Positions 18,409-28,107 of a stretch of 41,843 nt of DNA are shown here, in pieces. The notes under the pieces are model-generated. The model ran no database searches, had not been told where the DNA came from, and worked only from the letters and a program-made list of their open reading frames with translations. Source of the DNA: Lewinella sp. GTDB lineage: Bacteria; Bacteroidota; Bacteroidia; Chitinophagales; Saprospiraceae. Positions within the stretch are counted from its first letter, which is position 1. The number at the start of each line of letters is the position of its first letter. The position numbers were made by a program, and so were the translations under genes. The stretch covers positions 1 to 41,843 of the forward strand of contig JBGTHX010000339.1 in the NCBI GenBank assembly GCA_041746055.1, in the 5' to 3' direction.

Positions 18409-20520
18409 CTACCACTGTGGCCTGATACCGGGGGCGTAGGGAAACTGCTGTGCCTTGTAATAGTCCAGGTCGTGGGCGGGTTCCGGCACGCCTTCCGGCA
18501 AGGGACGGTCCGATAAGGTCCGGAAATACGCGATGCTGGCGTCCCGCCACCAGGCGGCTTCCCGCTGCTGTACGGTCAGGTACTGGCTCACCTCGCGGAA
18601 GCGGTCGGCATCGACCTTTCCCTCGAGCGAAGCCCATTCGTCGGCCAGCCATTCAGCACCCTCTGCCCCGTGCTGGTAGTGGAGGCAGAGTTCATCCCAG
18701 AGTGTCCGGCTGCTTTTCATGGTGTAATCCCACGGGAGATGGTGAAACCATAGGAGCAGGTCCTCCGGACACGTCTCCGGATCGGACAGCCTGTCGCGCA
18801 CCTCCGGCGCGTACTGGGCTACCTGATCGCTGCCCGTGGCGGTACGGTCGAAGCCGATCCCGGCACTGTCGGCCCGGTTGTAGTAGGCGGGGTTCCACTC
18901 CGGCCGGCCGAGCTGGCTGATCCAGGGACCGGGACCGAAGTGGTGGCCGGTCGCCATCTGGTGGGCCAGGCCGAGGGGGGTCATGTAGTCCACGCAGATC
19001 TCCCGGGAGGCGAGCAGCAGGTCCGGTATGGTAGACTGCACCTCTGGATCGTGGGCGTAGGTCATGGCCGACCATTCGCGGTAGATGGCTTCGGCGCTGA
19101 GCCCGGTATCCCAGGCCAGCCGGCCGAAGGCGTACCAGTCGGCCTGGTTGAAGGGATGGCCCGTCCAGTTGCGGGCGGTACCGATATTACTTACGCCGGC
19201 CATGCCACCGATGGTGGAGGCCACGGTGGTGCCGGGACCATCCTGGTAGGTGTCCGCGTGCAGTACCTCGGTGAAGAGCGGCGCGAGGCCCACGAGGTGG
19301 GTCCCCTGTCCGAGGTACTCCTTGGTGATCTGTAGCTCCAGCAGCAGGGGCGTGTTTGGCATGGCGCCGAAGAGCGGACTGAAGGGCTCCCGCGGCTGAA
19401 AGTCGATGGGGCCGTTCTTGACCTGCACGAGTACGTTGTCGCGGAATTGCCCGTCCAGCGGCACGAATTCCTCGTAAGCCTGGGCGGCGCGGTCCGCCTC
19501 CGGATCGCTGTTGTACACGAAGGCGCGCCACATCACGATGCCCCCGTGGGGCGCGAGGGCATCGGCCACGAGGTTGGCACCTTCGGAGTGGCTGCGGCCG
19601 TACTCGTTGGGTCCGGGCTGTCCCTCGCTGTTGGCCTTCACCACGAATCCGCCGAAGTCCGGGATGGTGGTGTAGATCTCCTCCACCTTGTCGTTCCACC
19701 AGGCGATCACTTCGGGGTCGAGCGGATCGGCGGTTGGGAGCCCGCCCAGTTCCATCGGGGCGCTGAATCGGGCGGTCAGGTAGAGCGTGATGCCGTAGGG
19801 CCGGAATACTTCCGCCAGGGCCGCGGCCTTTTCCAGATAGTCGGGCCGGAAGATGAGCGCGTTGGCGTTCACGTTAGTTACCACGCTGCCGTTGATGCCC
19901 ACCGAGGCACAGGCGCGGGCGTAGTCGATGTAGCGCTGGTCGATCACGTCCGGCAGCGTATGCCAGTTGAAGATCGAGAAGCCGGCATAGCCCCGCTCTA
20001 CCGTGCCATCCAGGTTATCCCAGTGGTTCAGGATGCGCAGCTTTTTAGCGGGCTCCTGCCGCACGTCCAGGCCGTCGAGGGATTGCGCGGTCTGCAGCAG
20101 GCGCAGCAGGTGAAAGGTCCCGTACAGGAAGCCGCGGTCTTCACTGGCCGAGAGTACGATGCGATCGCCCTCGCGGTGCAGCAGGTAGCCTTCCGCCCCG
20201 ATTGCCGAGGCATCCACCCGCCTGAGTTGCAGGCCGGCCTCCTTGCCTTGCGGGGACGCGGGTGCCGGGGACAATTCCAGGAGCCCCCGCAATCCATTGC
20301 GCCATTCGGCCAGGGTTACGGCCAGGGTGGCCGAGGTGGTATCCGTGTCGGGGGCCACGGAGAGGGTGCCGAGCTGGTGGGAGTAGGCCTCCCTGCGCTG
20401 GGTATCCGTGATGGGATCGTAGCGTAACCAGAGGCGGTAGCCATCTTCGGCGAGCAGGGTGCCGCCGATAAACGCGAAGCAGATCAGGAGCAAATACGGG
20501 AATGTGCGGTGGTTTCTCAT
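18409..20520 (-). CDS. aguA: Alpha-glucuronidase, GH67
   Basis: EDGYRLWLRY, LNHWDNLDGTVERGYAG, VKANSEGQPGP, KNGPIDFQPREP and ELQITKEYLGQ; ATG 20520 with signal peptide. Confidence 0.95.
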   Translation of the reverse strand: MRNHRTFPYLLLICFAFIGGTLLAEDGYRLWLRYDPITDTQRREAYSHQLGTLSVAPDTDTTSATLAVTLAEWRNGLRGLLELSPAPASPQGKEAGLQLRRVDASAIGAEGYLLHREGDRIVLSASEDRGFLYGTFHLLRLLQTAQSLDGLDVRQEPAKKLRILNHWDNLDGTVERGYAGFSIFNWHTLPDVIDQRYIDYARACASVGINGSVVTNVNANALIFRPDYLEKAAALAEVFRPYGITLYLTARFSAPMELGGLPTADPLDPEVIAWWNDKVEEIYTTIPDFGGFVVKANSEGQPGPNEYGRSHSEGANLVADALAPHGGIVMWRAFVYNSDPEADRAAQAYEEFVPLDGQFRDNVLVQVKNGPIDFQPREPFSPLFGAMPNTPLLLELQITKEYLGQGTHLVGLAPLFTEVLHADTYQDGPGTTVASTIGGMAGVSNIGTARNWTGHPFNQADWYAFGRLAWDTGLSAEAIYREWSAMTYAHDPEVQSTIPDLLLASREICVDYMTPLGLAHQMATGHHFGPGPWISQLGRPEWNPAYYNRADSAGIGFDRTATGSDQVAQYAPEVRDRLSDPETCPEDLLLWFHHLPWDYTMKSSRTLWDELCLHYQHGAEGAEWLADEWASLEGKVDADRFREVSQYLTVQQREAAWWRDASIAYFRTLSDRPLPEGVPEPAHDLDYYKAQQFPYAPGIRPQW

Positions 20521-20571
20521 CGCAGAAAAGGTACTACAATCAGCCCGGGTAAGCCAACCCCTCACCTCCGA

Positions 20572-21438
20572 CTACTTCGGTTTGTGGGAGCTGACGTAGC
20601 TGAACACCTTCCGCACCACCTGCCGCTTGATCTCCCGCTGCCGGTCGCGGTCGAGGCTCTTGAGACGGAACTGGAACTTAAGCTCCATAAAGTCTTTTTT
20701 CACCTCCACGATCTTGAGCAGGTAGCTGTCGGGCTCGATGACGTCCGCGTACTGCTCGATGGAGGATTTTAACTCGACCTCCAGGGCATCCACGTCCTGG
20801 ATCGCGCGGATGTCCATCTCGAAGTCAATGCTTAGCAGGCGGACGTCCCGCCGCGTGTAGTTGATGATCTCACTGGTGTACACCTTGCCGTTCGGCAGGA
20901 TCACGACGTCATCGTTGTCGTTCATGATCTTGACCTTCAGGAGGCCGATGTCGATCACCCGCCCCCGGTAGGTGTAGAAGCGCACGTAGTCGCCCACCTC
21001 GAAGACGTCGGTGAAGCTGTAGTAAATCCCGACGATGAGGTCATTGACAAAATCCTTGCTCACGATCGCGATGGCGGCCGCAACGATGCTCAGGGAGGTG
21101 AACAGGGTCTTGAAATCGATCCCGATCAGGCTGAAGATCGTGAACACCACCACCCCGCCCAGAATCAGCTTCCGGATATTCTCTACCCCGTAGATGAAGT
21201 TCTTCGCGCCCCGCCGCTTGGCGTAGTTCTGCTGCTGGTAAAGCCACTTGATGAAGCGGGTGACCACGTTGAGCACCGCCACCGTCATGACGAAATACAG
21301 CAGCACCCGCCAGAATTCCGGCCGCCCCTGCTGCCACAGCAGGGAATCATCGAACTGAATCAGATAGATCCCCGCCATCAGTACGAGGATCTCAAACATC
21401 AGAAATACTAGCGTACCGGCAAGACTACGGTCTTTCAT
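20572..21438 (-). CDS. Small-conductance mechanosensitive channel (MscS family)
   Basis: N-terminal TM helices; FEVGDYV, GRVIDIGLLKVKI, LPNG and IINYT. Confidence 0.85.
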   Translation of the reverse strand: MKDRSLAGTLVFLMFEILVLMAGIYLIQFDDSLLWQQGRPEFWRVLLYFVMTVAVLNVVTRFIKWLYQQQNYAKRRGAKNFIYGVENIRKLILGGVVVFTIFSLIGIDFKTLFTSLSIVAAAIAIVSKDFVNDLIVGIYYSFTDVFEVGDYVRFYTYRGRVIDIGLLKVKIMNDNDDVVILPNGKVYTSEIINYTRRDVRLLSIDFEMDIRAIQDVDALEVELKSSIEQYADVIEPDSYLLKIVEVKKDFMELKFQFRLKSLDRDRQREIKRQVVRKVFSYVSSHKPK

Positions 21439-21485
21439 GGCGGGCGGGGAGGCTACGGCGGACGGGACACCCCGCCACCGGGCCG

Positions 21486-21493
21486 CAAAAGTA
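21486..21493 (-). promoter_or_regulatory. Bacteroidota -7 box (TACTTTTG) for the MscS gene
   Basis: Exact TAnnTTTG match 47 nt upstream of the ATG. Confidence 0.6.
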
Positions 21494-21507
21494 GCCTTCT
21501 TTCCCGT

Positions 21508-23163
21508 CTACCGGCGCCACTTTTTGTACGCGTTGATCAGCCCGTTGGTCGAACTGTCGTGGCTGGTCACCGATCCGTCCCCTTTGAGTTCCGGCAGGAT
21601 CGCCTTCGCCAGTTGCTTGCCGAGCTCCACACCCCACTGGTCGAAGCTGTAAATGTTCCAGATCACGCCCTGCACGAAGATCTTGTGCTCGTACAGCGCG
21701 ATCAGCTGCCCGAGGGTGTAGGGCGTGATCTCCTTCACCAGGATACTGTTGGTGGGCTGGTTGCCGTCGAAGATCTTGAAGGGCACCAGTTGGGCGATCT
21801 CCTCTTCGTTCTTGCCGTCGGCCCGCAGCTCCTCTTCGACCTCCGCGGCCGTCTTGCCGTTCATCAGGGCCTCGGTCTGGGCGAAGAAATTACTCAGCAG
21901 GATGGCATGGTGGTCGCCCATCGGATTGTGAGATACGGCGGGCGCGATGAAGTCGCAGGGGATGATCCGCGTACCCTGGTGGATCAGCTGGTAGAAGGCG
22001 TGCTGCCCGTTGGTGCCGGGCTCGCCCCAGATGATGGGGCCGGTATTGTAGTCCTCGATCGGGTTGCCGTCGCGGTCAACGCTCTTGCCGTTGCTCTCCA
22101 TGTTCCCCTGTTGGAAGTAGGCGGGGAAGCGGTGGAGGTACTGGTCGTAGGGCAGGATAGCCTCCGTTTCCGCGTCCCAGAAGTTGGCGTACCAGATGCC
22201 GATGAGGGCCAGCTTGGCGGGCAGGTTATCCTCCAGCGGGGCGTGCCGGAAGTGCTCGTCCATGGAGTGCAGTCCGTCCAGCAGCCCGGCAAAGTGGTCG
22301 AAGCCGACCGTCAGCGCGATGCTCATGCCGATGCTGCTCGAGAGGCTGTAGCGTCCGCCTACCCAGTCCCAGAAGCCGAACATATTGGCCTCGTCGATTC
22401 CGAAGTCCTTTACGCCTTCCGCGTTCGTGGACAGTGCGATGAAGTGCTTGGCCACGTCTTCCTGCTCTCCGCCGTGGTCGAGGAACCACTGCCGGGCGCT
22501 GCGCGCGTTGGTCATGGTCTCCTGGGTGGTGAAGGTCTTGGAGGCCACCAGAAAGAGGGTCGTTTCGGGATCCACCTTCTTCAGCACCTCGGTAAGGTGA
22601 CTGCCGTCGATATTCGAGACGAAGTACACCTCCCGTCCCTCGATCCAGTAGGGCTTTAGCGCCTCGGTCACCATCACCGGTCCGAGATCGGAACCTCCGA
22701 TGCCGATGTTGACGACCTGCGTCAGCGGCTTGCCGGTGTAGCCGGTGTGGCTGCCCGAGTGGATACGGTCGCAGAATTGCTCCATCCGGTCCAGCACCTC
22801 CTTGACCTCGGGCATGACGTCCTGCCCGTCGACCAGGATAGGCCCTCCGGAGCGGTTGCGCAGGGCCACGTGCAGCACTGCCCGCTGCTCCGTGCCGTTG
22901 ATGATCTCCCCGGTAAACATTTGCTCGGTGGCGGCCTTGACCTGGCATTCCTCCGCCAAGCGGGTCAGCATGTCCAGCGTTTCCCGGGTGATGATATTCT
23001 TGGAATAGTCGATCAGGATGTCCTCGAACGACTGGCTGAACTCGCCGAAGCGGTCCGGATCCTGGGCGAAGAGATCCTTCATGTGCCGCTGCTGCATTTC
23101 GTGGGCGTGAAGTTCGAGTTCCTTCCAGCTGAGGGTCGTGGTGGGGTTCAGGTTGCTGAGCAT
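21508..23163 (-). CDS. pgi: Glucose-6-phosphate isomerase
   Basis: [55 protein letters not shown] and [10 protein letters not shown]; ATG 23163 (or 23190). Confidence 0.98.
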   Translation of the reverse strand: MLSNLNPTTTLSWKELELHAHEMQQRHMKDLFAQDPDRFGEFSQSFEDILIDYSKNIITRETLDMLTRLAEECQVKAATEQMFTGEIINGTEQRAVLHVALRNRSGGPILVDGQDVMPEVKEVLDRMEQFCDRIHSGSHTGYTGKPLTQVVNIGIGGSDLGPVMVTEALKPYWIEGREVYFVSNIDGSHLTEVLKKVDPETTLFLVASKTFTTQETMTNARSARQWFLDHGGEQEDVAKHFIALSTNAEGVKDFGIDEANMFGFWDWVGGRYSLSSSIGMSIALTVGFDHFAGLLDGLHSMDEHFRHAPLEDNLPAKLALIGIWYANFWDAETEAILPYDQYLHRFPAYFQQGNMESNGKSVDRDGNPIEDYNTGPIIWGEPGTNGQHAFYQLIHQGTRIIPCDFIAPAVSHNPMGDHHAILLSNFFAQTEALMNGKTAAEVEEELRADGKNEEEIAQLVPFKIFDGNQPTNSILVKEITPYTLGQLIALYEHKIFVQGVIWNIYSFDQWGVELGKQLAKAILPELKGDGSVTSHDSSTNGLINAYKKWRR

Positions 23164-23258
23164 GCTTACTGTGGGTGGTTGATTAGGCATAGATACGTCT
23201 CACCCCCAATATTGTGCGCCGCGGCGGCCTCCGGGCACCCTCCCCACACGGTATGCAC

Positions 23259-23282
23259 GAACATCGGCCGGTACCTCCTGTT
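23259..23282 (+). promoter_or_regulatory. Putative ECF-sigma promoter (C)GAAC-N16-TGTT
   Basis: 63 nt upstream of the fasciclin ATG; same architecture upstream of tamB and the DUF4382 gene. Confidence 0.5.
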
Positions 23283-23345
23283 TTAAAAGTACCAACGCCG
23301 GGCCCGCCCGGGACGCGACTTATTTTCTAAAACAAACCTTCAAGA

Positions 23346-24677
23346 ATGAAATCTTTATATTCCAGCCTGGCAGCCCTGATGCTGCTTCTGGCGCTTACCC
23401 CAGCCTCCGTCACCGCCCAAACCACCGACATGTCTGATGAGGACATGACCCAGTCGGAGACCAGTGACGCACAGACTATCGCGCAACTCGCCGCCGATAA
23501 TCCCGATCTGAGCACCCTCGTCGCCGCTCTCCAGGCTTCCGGCTACGATGCACCCCTTTCGGACGCCACCGCCAGCTGGACGGTTTTCGCCCCCACCAAC
23601 GAAGCCTTCGATGCGCTGCCCGCCGGTGTACTTGATAACCTCATGAAGCCTGAGAACGCCAATACGCTGAAGTACATCCTTATGTACCACGTATCGCCCA
23701 ATGTGATCCGTTCTACCGACATCGCTTCGATGATCGAGGAATCCGACAACGGTGAGATCAACCCCGAAACTCTTCACGGCAACCTCACCGTGAGTGATAA
23801 TGATGGCAAAGTGATGATCACCGACGCTACGGGACGCAAAGCCACGGTAACCCAGGCCGATATAGTCGCCAGCAACGGTATCGTACACGTTATTGACAAG
23901 GTGCTCGTACCCACCAACGTGGATGTGTCTACGCTCGCTACCGATCCCGCCATGGCTATGGAAGCCATGAAGGCGGACGCCGAGCAAGCCGGAGAAGGTG
24001 CCTTAAACGCAGTGAAGGAAACCGGCAGGGAAGTAGGCCAGGCCGTAGGTAACGCCGCCGATAATGTAGCCGACGCCACCTCCGACGCTTATAAAGCCAC
24101 TAAGGAGGAAGTGAAGGAGACCTACAACGAGGTGACCACCAGTGAGCAAGGCGACATGGATGACATGGACGACAATACCACCACCTCCACCATGAACCGC
24201 AGCGCGGCCAACACCGCCAGCATGCCCGACGCCACCATCGGTGAGATCGCCGCCAGCAACAACAATTTCAGCACCCTGAACCAGGCCCTAAAGAGCGCCG
24301 AGTTGGAAGATCTGCTGAACAGCAATAGCCAGTTCACCGTATTTGCCCCCACCAACAACGCCTTCAGCGCCCTGCCCGACAGCGTATCCAGCAGCCTCAT
24401 GCAGGCCGGTAATCAGGAGATGCTGAAAGGTGTGCTCGCTTACCACGTAGTAGCCTCGAAGATCTCGGCTGCCGACCTCATGAAGGCCATCGAGAAGAGC
24501 AACGGATACTTCCGCATCCATACCATGGGCGGTGGAAGTCTGATCGCTTCGCTGATGGACGGTAAAGTGGTTCTCACCGACGGAAACGGCGAATACGCCA
24601 CCGTCACCGATACCGATATCGAAGCCAGCAACGGCGTGATCCACGTCATTGACGGCGTTTTGACGCCCCGCAACTAA
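23346..24677 (+). CDS. Secreted fasciclin protein with two FAS1 domains and an acidic/LEA-like linker
   Basis: Two copies of TVFAPTN...YHV...ASNG(I/V)xHVID; signal peptide. Confidence 0.92.
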   Translation: MKSLYSSLAALMLLLALTPASVTAQTTDMSDEDMTQSETSDAQTIAQLAADNPDLSTLVAALQASGYDAPLSDATASWTVFAPTNEAFDALPAGVLDNLMKPENANTLKYILMYHVSPNVIRSTDIASMIEESDNGEINPETLHGNLTVSDNDGKVMITDATGRKATVTQADIVASNGIVHVIDKVLVPTNVDVSTLATDPAMAMEAMKADAEQAGEGALNAVKETGREVGQAVGNAADNVADATSDAYKATKEEVKETYNEVTTSEQGDMDDMDDNTTTSTMNRSAANTASMPDATIGEIAASNNNFSTLNQALKSAELEDLLNSNSQFTVFAPTNNAFSALPDSVSSSLMQAGNQEMLKGVLAYHVVASKISAADLMKAIEKSNGYFRIHTMGGGSLIASLMDGKVVLTDGNGEYATVTDTDIEASNGVIHVIDGVLTPRN

Positions 24678-24691
24678 GGCACGCCCCACAG

Positions 24692-24732
24692 AAAAAAAGC
24701 GGCTGTTTCCCCCGGGAGGCAGCCGCTTTTTT
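24692..24732 (+). terminator. Rho-independent terminator (symmetric A/T tails)
   Basis: AAAAAAAGCGGCTGTTTCC-CCC-GGGAGGCAGCCGCTTTTTT. Confidence 0.9.
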
Positions 24733-25046
24733 CGTGCGACATACTACCGAAATGAAAGTACGCTCATAGAACTTTCAACTATAACCATTGCGTTACATAT
24801 CAATTTATGAAGCGTTTTTTTTGTCCACCTACTACCCAACGATCTACACCTAACGGAACGGACTCTTCGATGGGTCGATGGTGATAGTATCCTGCTTTTG
24901 GACTGTTAATTTGTGAGAGACGCTGTGAACGCAGTCTGGCTTATTTGCAAGGATGTTATATCTCTGCGGGGCGTTGTTTGAGCTCCGTTCCGATTTCGAC
25001 GGTTGCCGGTGCGCCGCTTACCTTGGCGGGGTTCAATCCCCACGCC

Positions 25047-27926
25047 ATGTCCCCCATCCGGATCCTTTGCTTTCTGTTGCTCCTCCCCGGCACCTGCGTC
25101 CTCGCCCAGGCCCCTACCCCCGCCGCCCAGCGCGACGCCGGCTACGCCCAACGACTCGACCTGCAACGAGACTCTCCCCTCCACGGCCTCCCCTTTACGA
25201 ATATCGGTCCCAGCATCATGAGTGGCCGCGTCACCGATATAGCCGTGGACCCCGAAGATCCCACCCACTTCTACGTGGCCTACGCCAGTGGCGGACTCTG
25301 GGAAACCGTCGACAACGGCAGCACCTTCACCCCGAAGTTCCAGCAGGAGGCAGTGATGACCATCGGGGATATTGACGTCCACTGGCCCAGCCGCACCATT
25401 TACCTCGGCTCCGGGGAAGTCAACAGCAGCCGCAGTTCCTACGCCGGTAACGGGGTATACAAGAGCACGGACGGCGGGGAGCAGTGGACCCACCTAGGGC
25501 TCGAGGAAAGCCATCACATCGGACGGGTAATCGTGGACCGCCAGGATCCGCGCCATATCGTGGTCGCCGCCCTGGGCCACCTCTACGGGCCTAATCCCGA
25601 CCGCGGCGTCTACCACAGCACCGACGGCGGGGAGACCTGGAACCGGACGCTCTACGTCAACGACAGCACCGGCGCGGTGGACCTGGTGCAGGACCCCCGT
25701 AAACCCAACGAGTGGTTCGCCGCCACCTGGCAGCGGGAGCGGAAGGCCTGGGATTTCACCGAGAGCGGAGCCGGCTCGGGGATCTATCACAGTAAGGACG
25801 GTGCGAAGACCTGGTCGCTCGTCACCCGCGAATCCGACGGCTTTCCCACGGGCGAGGGCGTCGGCAGGATCGGACTGGCCGTGAGTTACGACGGCCGGGG
25901 CCGGCGGCACGTCTTCGCCAGCCTCGACAATTACTTTCTGCGCGATAAAGAGCAATCCGATACCAATACCCTCAGCAAAGACCAGTTGCGGGTGATGCCG
26001 AAGGAGGACCTGCTGCGACTCGAAACCTACCTGCTCGAGGATTTCCTCCGCAGCAACAGTTTCCCCCGGGAACTGGACGCGGAAACGGTGCGCGCGAAGA
26101 TCGAGTCCGGCGACGTATCCCCCCTCCAGCTGGTGGAGTACCTGGAGGACGCCAACAGCACGCTGTTCGACACGCCCGTCAAGGGCTTTGAACTGTACGA
26201 GACCACCCATGACGGCAAGAAGTGGCGGCGGACCCACGAGGACTATATCGACGACGTCTACTACTCCTACGGCTACTACTTCGGAGCGCTGGCGGTGCAT
26301 CCCGATGACCCCGCTACCATCTATGCGATGGGCGTGCCGATCATCAAGTCTACCGACGGCGGCAAGACCTGGTCGGGCGCCAATGGCGACAACGTCCACT
26401 CCGACCACCACTTCATGTGGATCAATCCGGAGCGGCCCGATCACCTGATCAACGGCAACGACGGCGGCGTCAACATCAGCTACAACGGCGGCAAAAGCTG
26501 GTTCAAGGCCAACGTACCGCCCGTGGGGCAATTCTACGCCATCGCGGTCGACGACCACCCCGACGGCTACCGCGTATACGGCGGACTGCAGGACAATGGC
26601 ACCTGGCGCGGCCCCCACGACTACGAAGCGGGCACCGACTGGCAGCAGGACGGCAAGTACCCCTACGACGCCCTCTTCGGCGGAGACGGCATGCAGGTGC
26701 AGGTAGACCCGCGCGACAACGAGACCGCCTACGTAGGCTTTCAGTTCGGCAATTACTACCGCGTCAACCTCAAGGAGGGGACCCGATCCTTCCTGACGCC
26801 GCGGCACGAACTCGGGCAGCGCCCCTACCGCTGGAACTGGCAGGCCCCCATCCTGATCAGCCCCCACCAGCCGGATATTTTCTATATGGGGTCCAACCAC
26901 CTCCACCGCAGCTTCAATCGCGGCGACGATTTCGAGACCCTCGGTCCGGACCTGACACGGGGCGGCCGCCCGGGTGACGTGGTCTTCGGCACGCTGACCA
27001 CCATTACGGAATCCCCCATCCGCTTCGGACTGCTTTACGTCGGCAGCGACGACGGCCTGATCCACCGCAGCAAGGACGGCGGGCAGAACTGGGAAGCCCT
27101 TTCCGGTGACTATCCCGACAGCCTGTGGGTAGCCCGCCTCAATGCTTCGCACGCGGCGGAAGGAACGGTCTATTTAGCCCTCAATGGTTACCGCAACGAC
27201 AACTTCGAAAGCCACGTGTACCGCAGCACCGACTATGGCGACCGCTGGACACGCATCGGTACCGATCTGCCGGAGGAGCCCGTGAACGTCATCAAGGAAG
27301 ACCCCCACAATCCTGCCCTCCTGTACGTGGGTACGGATCATGGCCTGTACATGAGTATGGATACCGGCACCACCTTCACGGCTACCACTGCCCTACCCGC
27401 GGTGGCGGTGCACGACGTCGTAATCCAGCCTTCCGCGCGGGATCTGATCGTCGGCACCCACGGCCGCAGTATTTACCGGGCTAATGTGGGCCTGCTGGAG
27501 GCGGTGGCCGGGCAGGCTTCCCCCACGCTCACGGTAGCGGAAATTCCCGATCAGCGCTACTCCGGACGCTACGGGTCGGCCAGCTGGTACACGGCAAGTA
27601 CCGCCCCGAAGATCACCCTGCAGGTATACAGCCCGGATGCGGACACGGGCGCCAAGGTCTCCGTGACCAGCGAGGGAGGCACCGTGCTCTACGAAAACAC
27701 CGTAAGCCTCAGGGCGGGAATCAACACCTTGGAATACGACCTCAGCTTCAACGGGGCCCGCGCCGGTGACCTGCAGCAGGCGCTGAACAAGGACCGCAAG
27801 GATTCCGAAAAGCCGGTGGTCGTGGAAGCGGCCGAAGACGGCCAGTTCTACCTCCGCCCCGGCAATTATACCCTTACCGTGGCGTCGGGCGGTCAACGCG
27901 CGGACACTCCACTGACGGTGAAGTAA
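25047..27926 (+). CDS. Secreted BNR/Asp-box repeat, VPS10/sortilin-like beta-propeller protein (putative glycosyl hydrolase)
   Basis: IGPSIMSGRVTDI, many SxDGGxTW boxes, GGLQDNG, GGDG and GTHGRS; ATG 25047. Confidence 0.88.
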   Translation: MSPIRILCFLLLLPGTCVLAQAPTPAAQRDAGYAQRLDLQRDSPLHGLPFTNIGPSIMSGRVTDIAVDPEDPTHFYVAYASGGLWETVDNGSTFTPKFQQEAVMTIGDIDVHWPSRTIYLGSGEVNSSRSSYAGNGVYKSTDGGEQWTHLGLEESHHIGRVIVDRQDPRHIVVAALGHLYGPNPDRGVYHSTDGGETWNRTLYVNDSTGAVDLVQDPRKPNEWFAATWQRERKAWDFTESGAGSGIYHSKDGAKTWSLVTRESDGFPTGEGVGRIGLAVSYDGRGRRHVFASLDNYFLRDKEQSDTNTLSKDQLRVMPKEDLLRLETYLLEDFLRSNSFPRELDAETVRAKIESGDVSPLQLVEYLEDANSTLFDTPVKGFELYETTHDGKKWRRTHEDYIDDVYYSYGYYFGALAVHPDDPATIYAMGVPIIKSTDGGKTWSGANGDNVHSDHHFMWINPERPDHLINGNDGGVNISYNGGKSWFKANVPPVGQFYAIAVDDHPDGYRVYGGLQDNGTWRGPHDYEAGTDWQQDGKYPYDALFGGDGMQVQVDPRDNETAYVGFQFGNYYRVNLKEGTRSFLTPRHELGQRPYRWNWQAPILISPHQPDIFYMGSNHLHRSFNRGDDFETLGPDLTRGGRPGDVVFGTLTTITESPIRFGLLYVGSDDGLIHRSKDGGQNWEALSGDYPDSLWVARLNASHAAEGTVYLALNGYRNDNFESHVYRSTDYGDRWTRIGTDLPEEPVNVIKEDPHNPALLYVGTDHGLYMSMDTGTTFTATTALPAVAVHDVVIQPSARDLIVGTHGRSIYRANVGLLEAVAGQASPTLTVAEIPDQRYSGRYGSASWYTASTAPKITLQVYSPDADTGAKVSVTSEGGTVLYENTVSLRAGINTLEYDLSFNGARAGDLQQALNKDRKDSEKPVVVEAAEDGQFYLRPGNYTLTVASGGQRADTPLTVK

Positions 27927-28033
27927 GCCTAACCGTGCCGGCCCGCATCGCCGTATTCCACCTGCCCCTCACCCGGCTGGACGGTCTCGGAAAAGGCCAG
28001 CATAATGATACCGAGACCTGCGATGGCGATTGT

Positions 28034-28070
28034 AAAAAAAAACAGCCACCCTGGATTGCTCCGGGGTGGC
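28034..28070 (-). terminator. Rho-independent terminator of the Zn-dependent dehydrogenase gene
   Basis: Minus strand GCCACCCCGG-AGCAAT-CCAGGGTGGC-TG-T9. Confidence 0.85.
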
Positions 28071-28107
28071 CAGTGGGTGCCTCGCCGCTAGGCTGGTGGT
28101 AGTGTGC

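Noticed and set aside
24945-25046. Upstream extensions given by the ORF track (also 1798, 9562, 13725, 14782, 15797, 20565, 38409, 41496)
   Set aside because: The extensions precede signal peptides or conserved N-termini and often run through -7 promoter boxes, so downstream ATGs were chosen.
25047-27926. Repeated SxDGGxxW nucleotide and peptide motifs as a novel repeat system
   Set aside because: These are ordinary BNR/Asp-box repeats of beta-propeller proteins.
15830-27926. A polysaccharide utilisation locus spanning the GH5-like, GH67 and VPS10-like genes
   Set aside because: No SusC/SusD pair or sensor-regulator; the genes are in mixed orientation and interspersed with pgi, mscS and fasciclin.
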